DNA from: Myxococcota bacterium
Lineage (GTDB): Bacteria; Myxococcota_A; Polyangia; Polyangiales; Sandaracinaceae
NCBI GenBank assembly: GCA_036149055.1
Contig: JAYZQJ010000202.1
Location: forward strand, 1-52,368
DNA: 52,368 nucleotides
Reading direction: 5' to 3'
Positions 20,165 to 30,030 of the stretch are shown piece by piece (position 1 is the stretch's first letter; the number at the start of each line of letters is the position of its first letter). The translations under genes were made by a program, and so were the position numbers. The notes beneath the pieces were generated by a model. It was not told the DNA's origin, made no database searches, and saw only the letters and a list, made by a program, of their open reading frames with translations.

Positions 20165-21658
20165 TCAGCGAACGCCGACGACGAGCGAGGCGCGGGCGCG
20201 GTGCCGGCGGAAGGCGGTGACGGCGGCGAGCGCGGCGGCGCTGGCGAGCACGCCCTCGGTGGCGGTAGAGGCGGGGTTCACGAAGTGACCGTACCCGTAG
20301 ACGGCCACCAGGTAGTGGGTGAAGTGCACCACCGGGCCGAGGAGCGCCGCCGCGAAGACGTCGCGGCTGTCGAGCTCCGTGACGAAGATGCCCGCGGCGA
20401 CCGGGACGAGCGACGCGCTGACCAGCCCGTAGATGCCCACCTGGGCGAAGATGCCGACGAGCTCCGGGGGATCGAGCGCGAGCCCCGCGCTGAGCACGCC
20501 CATGCCGACCAGGATCCAGCGGCTCGCCTTGAGCGCGACGCCCTGGCGCTCGGTCTCGGTCTTGTCGGCGAGCCAGCGATCGCCGAGGCGGCCGAGGAAG
20601 ACGTCGTTGGCGGCGATGGTGGAGGCGCCGACCAGGAGGCCGTCGAGGGTGCTCATGCCCGCGGCGAGGAGCGCCACGCTGATGAGCACGCCGACCAGCG
20701 GGGTGAAGGCGCGGGTCAAGTAGATGGGCATCACCGCGTCCTGGCTCGCGATGTCGGGGAACCGGACGCGCGCGTAGAGCCCGGCGACGAGCACGAGGGC
20801 GAAGACGACGCCGACCGCGCAGGCCACGATCAGGTAGCGGCGCAGGTCGCTCTCCTTCTTCAGGTAGAGGCTCTTCATCAGGATGTGCGGCTGACACATC
20901 AGGCCCGCGCCGATGACGAAGCCGCAGACGTAGACGTCCCAGACCGAGCCGAAGAGCGAGCTCTCGGGGTTCACCAGGCCGACCATGTTGGGATCCTGGG
21001 CCGCGATGCGGTCGAAGAAGGGGCCGATCCCGTCCGAGAAGAGGTAGAGGCCGCTGCCGAAGATGGCGAACGCGACCCCGATCATCAGCGCGCCCTGGAA
21101 CGCGTTGGTGTAGACGTGCGCGTAGGTCCCGCCCATCAGGATGTAGCTGAAGACGAAGACCACGATGAGCAGCACCGAGGCGACGTAGCCGAGGCCCAGG
21201 GTGTGCTGCATCACCAGCGCCGAGCCCTTCACGATGAGCACCACGAAGCTGATCGCGAGCACCAGGTTCAGGAGCGCGAAGTAGGTGCGCATCCCGGCGT
21301 GCCGGTAGCGGGCGCCGATCCAGTGCGGGAGGGTGAGCGCCGCGGTCTTCTCGCCGAGCTGGCGGAAGCCCTTGCTGAGCAGCACCAGGGCCACGACCAC
21401 GCCGAGGTTCGCCGCGAGGCCGAGGTGCATCAGCGCGCTCACCCCGTGCGTGAACACGAAGCCCGGGTTGATCACGAAGGTCGCGGTGGACGCGATCGCG
21501 GCGGCGAGGGTGATCCCGACCATCGTGGGCCCGAGATCCCGATTGCCGAGCGCGAAGCTGGAGAAGGACTGTGTCTTCTTCATGCCGCGCAAGGCGAGCG
21601 CCGTGGTCAAGGCCACGTACGCGCCGAAGGCGCACCACGCCAGTAGGTTGCGATCCAT
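20165..21658 (-). CDS. Sodium:solute symporter (SSS) family transporter
   Basis: 497 aa with many TM helices. F.LGNR.LG, S.ATF...PG, TLP.WIG.RY, Y...GG...V.T...QG, PHIL and AAGMSTLDG.L. Confidence 0.9.
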   Translation of the reverse strand: MDRNLLAWCAFGAYVALTTALALRGMKKTQSFSSFALGNRDLGPTMVGITLAAAIASTATFVINPGFVFTHGVSALMHLGLAANLGVVVALVLLSKGFRQLGEKTAALTLPHWIGARYRHAGMRTYFALLNLVLAISFVVLIVKGSALVMQHTLGLGYVASVLLIVVFVFSYILMGGTYAHVYTNAFQGALMIGVAFAIFGSGLYLFSDGIGPFFDRIAAQDPNMVGLVNPESSLFGSVWDVYVCGFVIGAGLMCQPHILMKSLYLKKESDLRRYLIVACAVGVVFALVLVAGLYARVRFPDIASQDAVMPIYLTRAFTPLVGVLISVALLAAGMSTLDGLLVGASTIAANDVFLGRLGDRWLADKTETERQGVALKASRWILVGMGVLSAGLALDPPELVGIFAQVGIYGLVSASLVPVAAGIFVTELDSRDVFAAALLGPVVHFTHYLVAVYGYGHFVNPASTATEGVLASAAALAAVTAFRRHRARASLVVGVR

Positions 21659-21722
21659 CGATCCGCTCCTTCGAAAGGGGCGCCCCCGCCCCGCCCACCG
21701 CGCCCCTCACGAGGCGCGGGTC

Positions 21723-22664
21723 TCAGAAACCGAGCCGGCGGATCTCCGCCGCTCGGTCGAACTCCGCTTCGGTCTCGTCGTCCTCGCTGACGACCGTGGC
21801 CGCGGTGCCGAAGCACTCCACCGCGAACGAGAACTGGCGCACCACGGTGCGCGAGAAGCCGATGGTGCGCGTGAGCGTCGTGCGCACGCGCAGCGCCTCG
21901 AGGGGCGCGAACGGGGTGACCAGCTCGCCCCGCGCGTCGACCTCGCTCTCGTAGGTCTCGCCGAAGTTGGCGGCGAGCCCCTGGGCCACGCCGGTGACCC
22001 GCGCGTCGGTCGACCAGCGCGCGCCGAGCTCCAGCGGGAACACCAGCACCTTCACCGGCGGCTCGTAGGTGAGCTCGGTGCGGCCCGAGCCCTCGGTCGG
22101 CGAGACCACGCCCATCAGCTCGAGCTGGGTCTCGGTGATCCGGAACACGCCGAGCAGATCCGTCTCGTCGCCCAGCGGCGCGACGTAATCGGCGCCCGGG
22201 TAACGGTCGGCGAACCAGCGCCCGTCGAGCGGCTCGGTGACGACGTCGAAGTCGTGGTCGCCCGGGAGCGCGTCCGAGAAGTCCCAGCGGCGGCGGCCGT
22301 CGCCGAGGTCCGCGCCCGCGGTGTCGACGCCCACGTCGGTGGCGGTGCGGTAGCGCGCCATCAAGCCGGGCCCGAAGGGCGCCTCGGCGCGGCTGACCAC
22401 TCCGTCCTCGTTCGGGCGGCAGAGCCCGGATCCCGCGTCGCGCCCCGCGTCGGGCCGGAGGCCTCCGTCGACCGGGGGGACGCGGCCGTCGGGGAGGCGG
22501 GCGTCCGGCGGGTCTTGCGGCGGCGCACAAAGACCGTCCGACTGGCAGACGCCCGACGCGCAGTCGGCGCCGGTGACGCAGCGCGGCTGTGGTGCCGTGG
22601 CGTCGCAGCCCGCGAGCGCCGCGAGCAGCGCCAGCGCGCCCATCTCTGCCCGTCGTGTCAGCAT
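21723..22664 (-). CDS. Lipoprotein of unknown function (paralogue 1)
   Basis: Lipobox LAGC, CVTGADCASGVC, DAG linker and the shared domain. Start at ATG 22664 or 22643. Confidence 0.8.
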   Translation of the reverse strand: MLTRRAEMGALALLAALAGCDATAPQPRCVTGADCASGVCQSDGLCAPPQDPPDARLPDGRVPPVDGGLRPDAGRDAGSGLCRPNEDGVVSRAEAPFGPGLMARYRTATDVGVDTAGADLGDGRRRWDFSDALPGDHDFDVVTEPLDGRWFADRYPGADYVAPLGDETDLLGVFRITETQLELMGVVSPTEGSGRTELTYEPPVKVLVFPLELGARWSTDARVTGVAQGLAANFGETYESEVDARGELVTPFAPLEALRVRTTLTRTIGFSRTVVRQFSFAVECFGTAATVVSEDDETEAEFDRAAEIRRLGF

Positions 22665-22745
22665 CCCGGATTCCCATCCCCGCACCCGCACAACTGCGAG
22701 CGGAGCGTTAGTTACAGCCTGGAAACGCGAGCGTCAAGCGGAATC

Positions 22746-22761
22746 TTGTGCAGAGCAACAT
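22746..22761. promoter_or_regulatory. Putative PhaR operator 1, next to a leftward -35 (TTGACG at 22737-22732)
   Basis: TTGTGCAGAGCAACAT, with a TGC-N3-GCA core. Confidence 0.65.
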
Positions 22762-22839
22762 AGAACCCCGCGTCGGCCCGCCCGAACCCGCAATGACGCA
22801 GCACTTTTCCCAATGATTTCGAAGAAAGCGCCGACCGTT

Positions 22840-22855
22840 TTGTGCGGCGCAACAT
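22840..22855. promoter_or_regulatory. Putative PhaR operator 2
   Basis: TTGTGCGGCGCAACAT, 14/16 identical to operator 1. Confidence 0.65.
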
Positions 22856-22862
22856 TTTCTCG

Positions 22863-22891
22863 TTGACAGGCCACGGCGGCCCGCTTAGCTT
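22863..22891 (+). promoter_or_regulatory. Sigma70-type promoter for the phasin-like/phaB-like/phaR arm
   Basis: TTGACA (22863-22868), 17-bp spacer, TAGCTT (22886-22891). Confidence 0.7.
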
Positions 22892-22946
22892 CCGGCGCAT
22901 CGAGGGCAGACGATTCGAGCCGAACAGGCATTTCAGGAGAGTCACG

Positions 22947-23246
22947 ATGGCGACCAAGAAGACTTCGCAGGCGCAGCACAACGGTGAGAGCTTCCCCTTC
23001 CCCGGCCTCCCGGGCGTGGAGATGTTCCGCGGCATGATGCAGGCCCAGACCGAGCGCTTCGAGAAGATGTTCTCGGACATCGAGCGCCTCGAGCAGGAGC
23101 GGCACGAGCGCACCCTCGCCGCCCTCGAGGACGTCACCCAGCTCATGAAGAGCACCCTGCACTACCAGCAGCAGCTCGGCGACCAGGTCCGCCGCGCCTC
23201 CCTCGAGGCGGCGCGCAAGAGCCTGGAGATGGCGACGAGCGTCTGA
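22947..23246 (+). CDS. Putative phasin (PHA granule-associated protein), 99 aa
   Basis: AGGAG RBS; small helical Q/E/M-rich protein; first gene behind the PhaR box. Confidence 0.55.
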   Translation: MATKKTSQAQHNGESFPFPGLPGVEMFRGMMQAQTERFEKMFSDIERLEQERHERTLAALEDVTQLMKSTLHYQQQLGDQVRRASLEAARKSLEMATSV

Positions 23247-23307
23247 ACGACCGTGTTGGGGCGCCGCGTGGCGCCCCGGCTCGCTCCCCCGCACCCGAGG
23301 AGGACAC

Positions 23308-24057
23308 GTGAAGCTGAACGAGATGAAGGTGATCGTCACGGGCGCGGCCCGGGGCATGGGCGCGTACTTCGCGCGCCGTTTCCACGAGGCGGGCGCGCAG
23401 GTCGCCGCCGGCGACGTGGCCGAGGAGGCGCTCGCGGAGCTGCCCGAGGGCATTCACCGCCGCCGGCTCGACGTCTCCGACGAGGCGGACGTCACCGCCT
23501 TCGTCCAGTGGGCGCACGGCGCGATGGGCGGGCTCAACGGCCTGGTCAACAACGCCGGCATCATCCGCGACGGCCTCCTCGTGAAGAAGGACCGCAAGAC
23601 CGGCGAGGTCAAGCGCCTCTCCACCGCCGACTGGGACGCGGTCATCGGCGTCAACCTCACCGGCGCCACCCTGATGGTGCGCGAGACCGTCGCGCAGATG
23701 CTCAGCGCCGAGGAGCGCCCGGGCGTGATCGTCAACGTCTCCAGCGTCAGCCGGCACGGCAACCGCGGGCAGTCGAACTACGTCGCCGCCAAGGCGGCCC
23801 TCGCCGCCAACACCGTGACCTGGGCGCGGGAGTTCTCGCGCTACGGCATCCGCGCCACCTGCGTGGCCCCCGGCATGATCGAGACGCCCATGACCCAGGG
23901 CATGAACCAGAAGGCCCGCGACGCGCTCGTGGCCGCCATCCCGGTCGGCCGCATCGGCGACCCCGAGGACATCTGGCAGGCCGTCCGCTTCTCCGTCGAG
24001 TGCGACTACTTCAACGGTCGCTGCCTCGACGTCGACGGTGGGCTGGTGATGACGTGA
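23308..24057 (+). CDS. SDR 3-oxoacyl reductase (FabG/PhaB-like)
   Basis: TGAARGMG, NNAGIIRDG, VNLTG, NVSS and GQSNYVAAK (YxxxK); GAGGAGG RBS. Confidence 0.88.
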   Translation: MKLNEMKVIVTGAARGMGAYFARRFHEAGAQVAAGDVAEEALAELPEGIHRRRLDVSDEADVTAFVQWAHGAMGGLNGLVNNAGIIRDGLLVKKDRKTGEVKRLSTADWDAVIGVNLTGATLMVRETVAQMLSAEERPGVIVNVSSVSRHGNRGQSNYVAAKAALAANTVTWAREFSRYGIRATCVAPGMIETPMTQGMNQKARDALVAAIPVGRIGDPEDIWQAVRFSVECDYFNGRCLDVDGGLVMT

Positions 24058-24169
24058 AGCTTCCGTCGCGGAGCGGGTCCCGGACCCATTTCCATCCCAA
24101 CCCCGTCTGCCCGTCGGGGGGCCTGGGACCCGCTCCGTGGCGTTTATCTCGGGACCGAGGGCGGACTGC

Positions 24170-24748
24170 ATGAAGGCCGCGGACGTGGTAGCTACCCCCG
24201 TGGTCGTCAAGAAGTACGGGAACCGTCGGCTCTACGACACGACGGAGAGCCGGTACATCACCCTGGAGGAGCTCGCCGAGCGGATCCGGGGCGGGGACGA
24301 CGTGCAGGTGGTCGACGCCAAGAGCGGCAAGGACCTCACCCAGCAGACGCTGGCGCACATCATCCTCGAGAGCCGAGGGGCCGCCAAGCTGCTCCCCGTG
24401 CCGCTGCTCAAGCAGCTCGTGCGCATGGGCGACGACGCGCTGGCCGAGTTCTTCGGCATGTACGTCTCGAGCGCGCTCGAGCTGTACCTGCACGCGCGGA
24501 GCGGGGCCCAGGCGATGGTCCCCTACAACCCGTTCGCGCAGATCCCGATGGCCGCGACCAACGCGTTCGCGCGCATGTTCGGCGGCTGGGGACAGCCCGC
24601 GCCGCCGCCGCAGCCCGCGCCGCCCGCGCGCCCGTCGCCGCCGCCGCCCGAGGACGACACCGCCGATCAGGTGGCCGCGCTCCGGCGGGAGCTCCAGGAG
24701 CTCAAGGACGCGCTGCGACCGAAAGGGCGCGAAGACGACGAGACTTGA
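24170..24748 (+). CDS. phaR: PHA synthesis repressor PhaR
   Basis: KKYGNRRLYDTTESRYITLEEL...VVDAKSGKDLT..TL..IILE is the diagnostic N-terminal DNA-binding domain. Confidence 0.92.
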   Translation: MKAADVVATPVVVKKYGNRRLYDTTESRYITLEELAERIRGGDDVQVVDAKSGKDLTQQTLAHIILESRGAAKLLPVPLLKQLVRMGDDALAEFFGMYVSSALELYLHARSGAQAMVPYNPFAQIPMAATNAFARMFGGWGQPAPPPQPAPPARPSPPPPEDDTADQVAALRRELQELKDALRPKGREDDET

Positions 24749-24766
24749 GCTACCCTCCGGACCGCC

Positions 24767-25687
24767 TTGACGTACAAGGACTACTACCAGGTGCTCGGCG
24801 TCGGTCGAGACGCGTCCGCGGAGGAGCTGCAGAAGGCCTACCGCCGGCTCGCGAAGAAGTACCACCCCGACGTCAGCAAGGAGCCGGACGCCGAGGATCG
24901 GTTCAAGGAGCTCGGCGAGGCGTGGGAGGTCCTCAAGGACCCCGAGAAGCGCCGCCTCTACGACAAATGGGGCCCGCACTGGAAGGCGATCAGCGAGGGC
25001 CGTCAGCCGCCGCCCGGCGGCCCCGGCTCCTCCGAGTTCCGCTTCGACTTCGGCGACCTCGGCTTCGGCGGCTCGGAGGGCGGCGACTTCCGCTCCATCT
25101 TCGAGCAGGTCTTCGGCGGCCGCGGCCCCGGCGGCCCGGGCGGGAGACGGCGCCGCCCCGGGCGCGCCCGCCCCAAGGACCACGAGACCACCCTCGCGCT
25201 CTCGGTCCAGGCCGCCTACGAGGGCGGCCCCCGCGACATCCAGTTCGTCGACTCGATCACCGGCGAGCCCAAGCGCCTCACGGTCAACGTGCCGGCCGGC
25301 GTCCGCGCCGGGCAGCGCATCCGGCTGAGCGGGCAGGCGGGCGGCGGCGCCGACCTGTATCTGGTGGTCGAGGTGAAGAGCGGCGAGCCCTTCCGCATCG
25401 AAGGGGACGACGTGACCACCCCGCTCCGCATCAGCCCGTCGGAGGCGGTCCTCGGAGGCACCGCGCCCCTGACGACCCTGGATGGGAACGTTCGGGTGAA
25501 GATCCCGCCCGGATCGAGCAGCGGCCGGCGAATTCGGCTGCGAGGCCGCGGCTATCCAGGTAAAGGAGGTCGTCGGGGGGACCTCTACGCGGAGATCCAG
25601 GTGATGGTCCCGTCCGAGCCGACCGAGGAGGAGAAGAGCCTCTACGCGCGGCTGGCGGAGGTCACCCGGTTCGACCCCCGCGAATGA
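24767..25687 (+). CDS. DnaJ class B / CbpA-like co-chaperone
   Basis: J-domain DYYQVLGV...YHPDV, G/F-rich region and DnaJ C-terminal domain without a Zn finger; TTG start. Confidence 0.92.
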   Translation: MTYKDYYQVLGVGRDASAEELQKAYRRLAKKYHPDVSKEPDAEDRFKELGEAWEVLKDPEKRRLYDKWGPHWKAISEGRQPPPGGPGSSEFRFDFGDLGFGGSEGGDFRSIFEQVFGGRGPGGPGGRRRRPGRARPKDHETTLALSVQAAYEGGPRDIQFVDSITGEPKRLTVNVPAGVRAGQRIRLSGQAGGGADLYLVVEVKSGEPFRIEGDDVTTPLRISPSEAVLGGTAPLTTLDGNVRVKIPPGSSSGRRIRLRGRGYPGKGGRRGDLYAEIQVMVPSEPTEEEKSLYARLAEVTRFDPRE

Positions 25688-25724
25688 GGTAGACTGTCCA
25701 GTCTGCGGTGCACCAGGCTCACCG

Positions 25725-27836
25725 ATGAACGATCCCCAGCGGAAACCTCCGGGCAAGCCCGACATCCCCACCGTGAGGCCCAAGGCCCTTCGCGGCGACG
25801 ACCCCGACCTCCCCGCCCCGCCGCGGGTGCCGGGTGAGGAGCCCCGCACCCAGGCCCTGGACCTGGGGGATCTCGAGGAGATCGACGCGCTCCTCGACGA
25901 GGCCGAGCAGGGGCTGTCGGAGGTCTCGCGCTTCGAGCAGAAGGACGAGCCGCTCCAGAGCGGTCGGCCGCCCGAGCAGCCGCCGCGCAAGCTCCCGACC
26001 ATCGGGATGTTCGGCCCGTACCACATCGTGGGTCGGCTCGCGCTCGGCGGCATGGCGGAGATCCTGCTCGCCCGTGAGGACTCGGAGGGGGCCGGCAGCC
26101 GCTACCTCGTCGTCAAGCGCATCCTCCCCGAGTACGAGAAGGACAAGGCGTTCGTCGAGATGTTCCTCGACGAGGCGCGGGTGATGATGCGCCTGCGCCA
26201 CCCGAACGTGACTCACGTCTACAAGTTCGGGAAGGAGGAGGGGACGCACTTCATCGCCATGGAGTGGGTCAACGGCGCCTCGCTCGGCAAGCTCATCCGC
26301 CGGGCCCGCAAGACCGGCGGCGTGCCGGTGGCGGTCGCCTGCAAGATCGTCGCGAACGTCGCCGAGGCCCTCGATCACGCCCACGCGGCGAAGGGCGAGG
26401 ACGAGCGCCCCCTCGGGCTGGTGCACCGCGACGTCACGCCCGACAACATCATGATCAGCTACGACGGCGCGGTGAAGCTCCTCGACTTCGGCATCGCCAA
26501 GGCCGAGGCGCGCTCGCACAAGACGCAGGCCGGCGTGGTGAAGGGCAAGTTCGCCTACATGGCGCCCGAGCAGTGCCGCGCGAAGGACCTCGATCACCGG
26601 GTCGACGTCTTCGCGCTCGGCGTCTGCCTCTACGAGTCGCTCACCGGGCGGCCGCTCTACCGGCGCGAGACCGAGTTCGAGACGATGGAGGCCATCGTCC
26701 GGGGCCCGGTGCCCAAGCTGGCCGACCGGCTCAAGAACCCGCCGCCCGAGCTCGAGGCGATCATCGCCCGCTGCCTCGCCAAGAAGCGCGAGGATCGCTT
26801 CCAGAGCGCCGGGGAGCTGCAGGAGGCCCTGAGCCGCTTCATCGCGAAGCGCGACGAGGTCGTGACCGCGCGGCGGGTCAAGGAGCTGATGGAGAAGCTC
26901 TTCCGGGAGGAGCAGCGCCGGGGCCCGATGGTGGACACCACGCCCTTCGGCTCGTCCTTCCACTTCGGCTCCGACGTCGCCGAGATGAGCTTCAGCACCG
27001 GCGACGGGGACGCGCTGCCCGACATGCCGGTGCCCGAGCTGCCGGGCCTCGAGGTCGGCCTCCCCGCGGTCCCCGACAACCCCGCGCCCGGGCGGCCGCT
27101 CGGTCAGGGCGCCGGCCCCGGGCTGGTCATCCCCGACCTCACCGGTCCGCCCCCCGCGTCCGCGCTCGGCAAGGACCGGCGCCCCGCGCCGACCGCGCCT
27201 CCGAGCCAGGGCCGCCCCTACTCGGCGGTCGGCACCCACTCCACGCAGCCCACCGAGAAGAAGGGCACGAGCGTCGTCGTGGGCGCCCTCGTCGGCGTGG
27301 CCGCGCTCGCCGCGGTCGGGGCGGGCATCTACTTCGCCCTCCCCCACCTGATGCCGGCCGAAGAGACGGTCGAGGACACCGGCCCGGCGGCGACCCTGAC
27401 CGGGACCCTGATCGTCAACAGCGAGCCCGAGGGCGCCGAGGTCTTCGTCGACGGGGAGAGCCACGGCCCCACCCCGGCCACGATCGCCGAGCTCCCCACC
27501 GGGAGCCATCAGGTCCGGCTCGAGCTCGACGGCTACCAGCCGAGCGAGGGCACACAGGAGCTCCGCGCGGGCCAGACCCGCAGCATCACGCAGGTCATGG
27601 AGCCGGTGGCGGTCCCCGAGGGCCCGGTCGCGATGGGCCGCCTGACCCTCACCTCGACGCCCCCCGCGGTGGTCTTCCACGACGGCGAGGAGCTCGGCCG
27701 CACGCCGCTCCGCAACGTCGAGCTGCCGGCCGGCCTGGTCGCGCTCGAGCTCGAGACTCCGGACGGCGAGCGTCACCGCAGCGGCGTCATGGTCCGCGCC
27801 GACGATCACTCGTCGACCCACCTGGACCTGCAGTAG
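25725..27836 (+). CDS. Membrane Ser/Thr kinase with PEGA domain(s)
   Basis: LALGGMAEI, VVKR, HRDVTPDN, DFGIAK and GKFAYMAPE; TM helix; VNSEPEGAEVFVDG (PEGA). Confidence 0.93.
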   Translation: MNDPQRKPPGKPDIPTVRPKALRGDDPDLPAPPRVPGEEPRTQALDLGDLEEIDALLDEAEQGLSEVSRFEQKDEPLQSGRPPEQPPRKLPTIGMFGPYHIVGRLALGGMAEILLAREDSEGAGSRYLVVKRILPEYEKDKAFVEMFLDEARVMMRLRHPNVTHVYKFGKEEGTHFIAMEWVNGASLGKLIRRARKTGGVPVAVACKIVANVAEALDHAHAAKGEDERPLGLVHRDVTPDNIMISYDGAVKLLDFGIAKAEARSHKTQAGVVKGKFAYMAPEQCRAKDLDHRVDVFALGVCLYESLTGRPLYRRETEFETMEAIVRGPVPKLADRLKNPPPELEAIIARCLAKKREDRFQSAGELQEALSRFIAKRDEVVTARRVKELMEKLFREEQRRGPMVDTTPFGSSFHFGSDVAEMSFSTGDGDALPDMPVPELPGLEVGLPAVPDNPAPGRPLGQGAGPGLVIPDLTGPPPASALGKDRRPAPTAPPSQGRPYSAVGTHSTQPTEKKGTSVVVGALVGVAALAAVGAGIYFALPHLMPAEETVEDTGPAATLTGTLIVNSEPEGAEVFVDGESHGPTPATIAELPTGSHQVRLELDGYQPSEGTQELRAGQTRSITQVMEPVAVPEGPVAMGRLTLTSTPPAVVFHDGEELGRTPLRNVELPAGLVALELETPDGERHRSGVMVRADDHSSTHLDLQ

Positions 27837-27842
27837 AGCTAC

Positions 27843-29346
<1,504 letters not shown>

Positions 29347-29350
<4 letters not shown>

Positions 29351-29832
29351 CCGGCCTTCCTGTCCTCGCGGAGCGCCAGGCGCCGCACGCCCGATCGCGT
29401 CACGTCGTCCTCCGGGTCGAGGCGCGCCTCGAGCAGCTCGGCCCAGGCCCGCATGTAGCGGATCGCGTCACGCCGATCGCGGTAGTCGAGGCGGCGCGCC
29501 TCCACCGGGAAGCGGCGCAAAACCGCCGGGTCGCTCAGCCGCTCGAGGTGCTCCACGTCCGAGAGCTCCAGGCCGATCGCGAGCATCTCGTCGATGACGT
29601 GATCGATCGGGTAGCCGCTCGCCGGGCACCACTCGATCGCGTGGTCGCGCCAGTCGCCGGCCTTCTCGACCGCGATGCGGTGGATCTCCTCTCGCGACCG
29701 GGAGGTCACGGTCTGGGCCAGGTGCCCGCAATTGCAGGCGCCCATGTGGGTCCACCGGAAGCGCGAGCCCTGCTCCAGCCGGAGCGCGGTGGCGCGCAGC
29801 GCGTCGACGAGGGTGCGGGTCGGTCGGGCCAT
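29347..29832 (-). CDS. Hypothetical protein with HMGACNCGH motif
   Basis: 161 aa, GAAGGAG RBS, ATGA overlap with degP. Confidence 0.75.
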
Positions 29833-30030
29833 GTGCTGCTCTCCTTCGCGCCGAAACGTAGTACCACACCGACGGCGCGGCCTCCCCGGGGTCTCTCGCG
29901 CCCCCCTACGGGGGGCGGGTCGATCCGCCTCGCGGTGGGAGTCGACCGCCGCGAGAAGCTGTGTCAAGGTCCGCCCCCCCGACGGGTCCGATTGACAAAC
30001 CCGGCCGGGTGCCAACAGAAATCGGAGCCC

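Noticed and set aside
18513..21710. 1065-aa ORF as a single gene
   Set aside because: Its 5' part is an alternative frame of the SSS gene and its middle is repeat DNA. Only the lipoprotein portion is credible.
29962..29997. Back-to-back TTGACA hexamers upstream of topA and the divergent gene
   Set aside because: No convincing -10 element at 16-18 bp on either strand, so no promoter was called.
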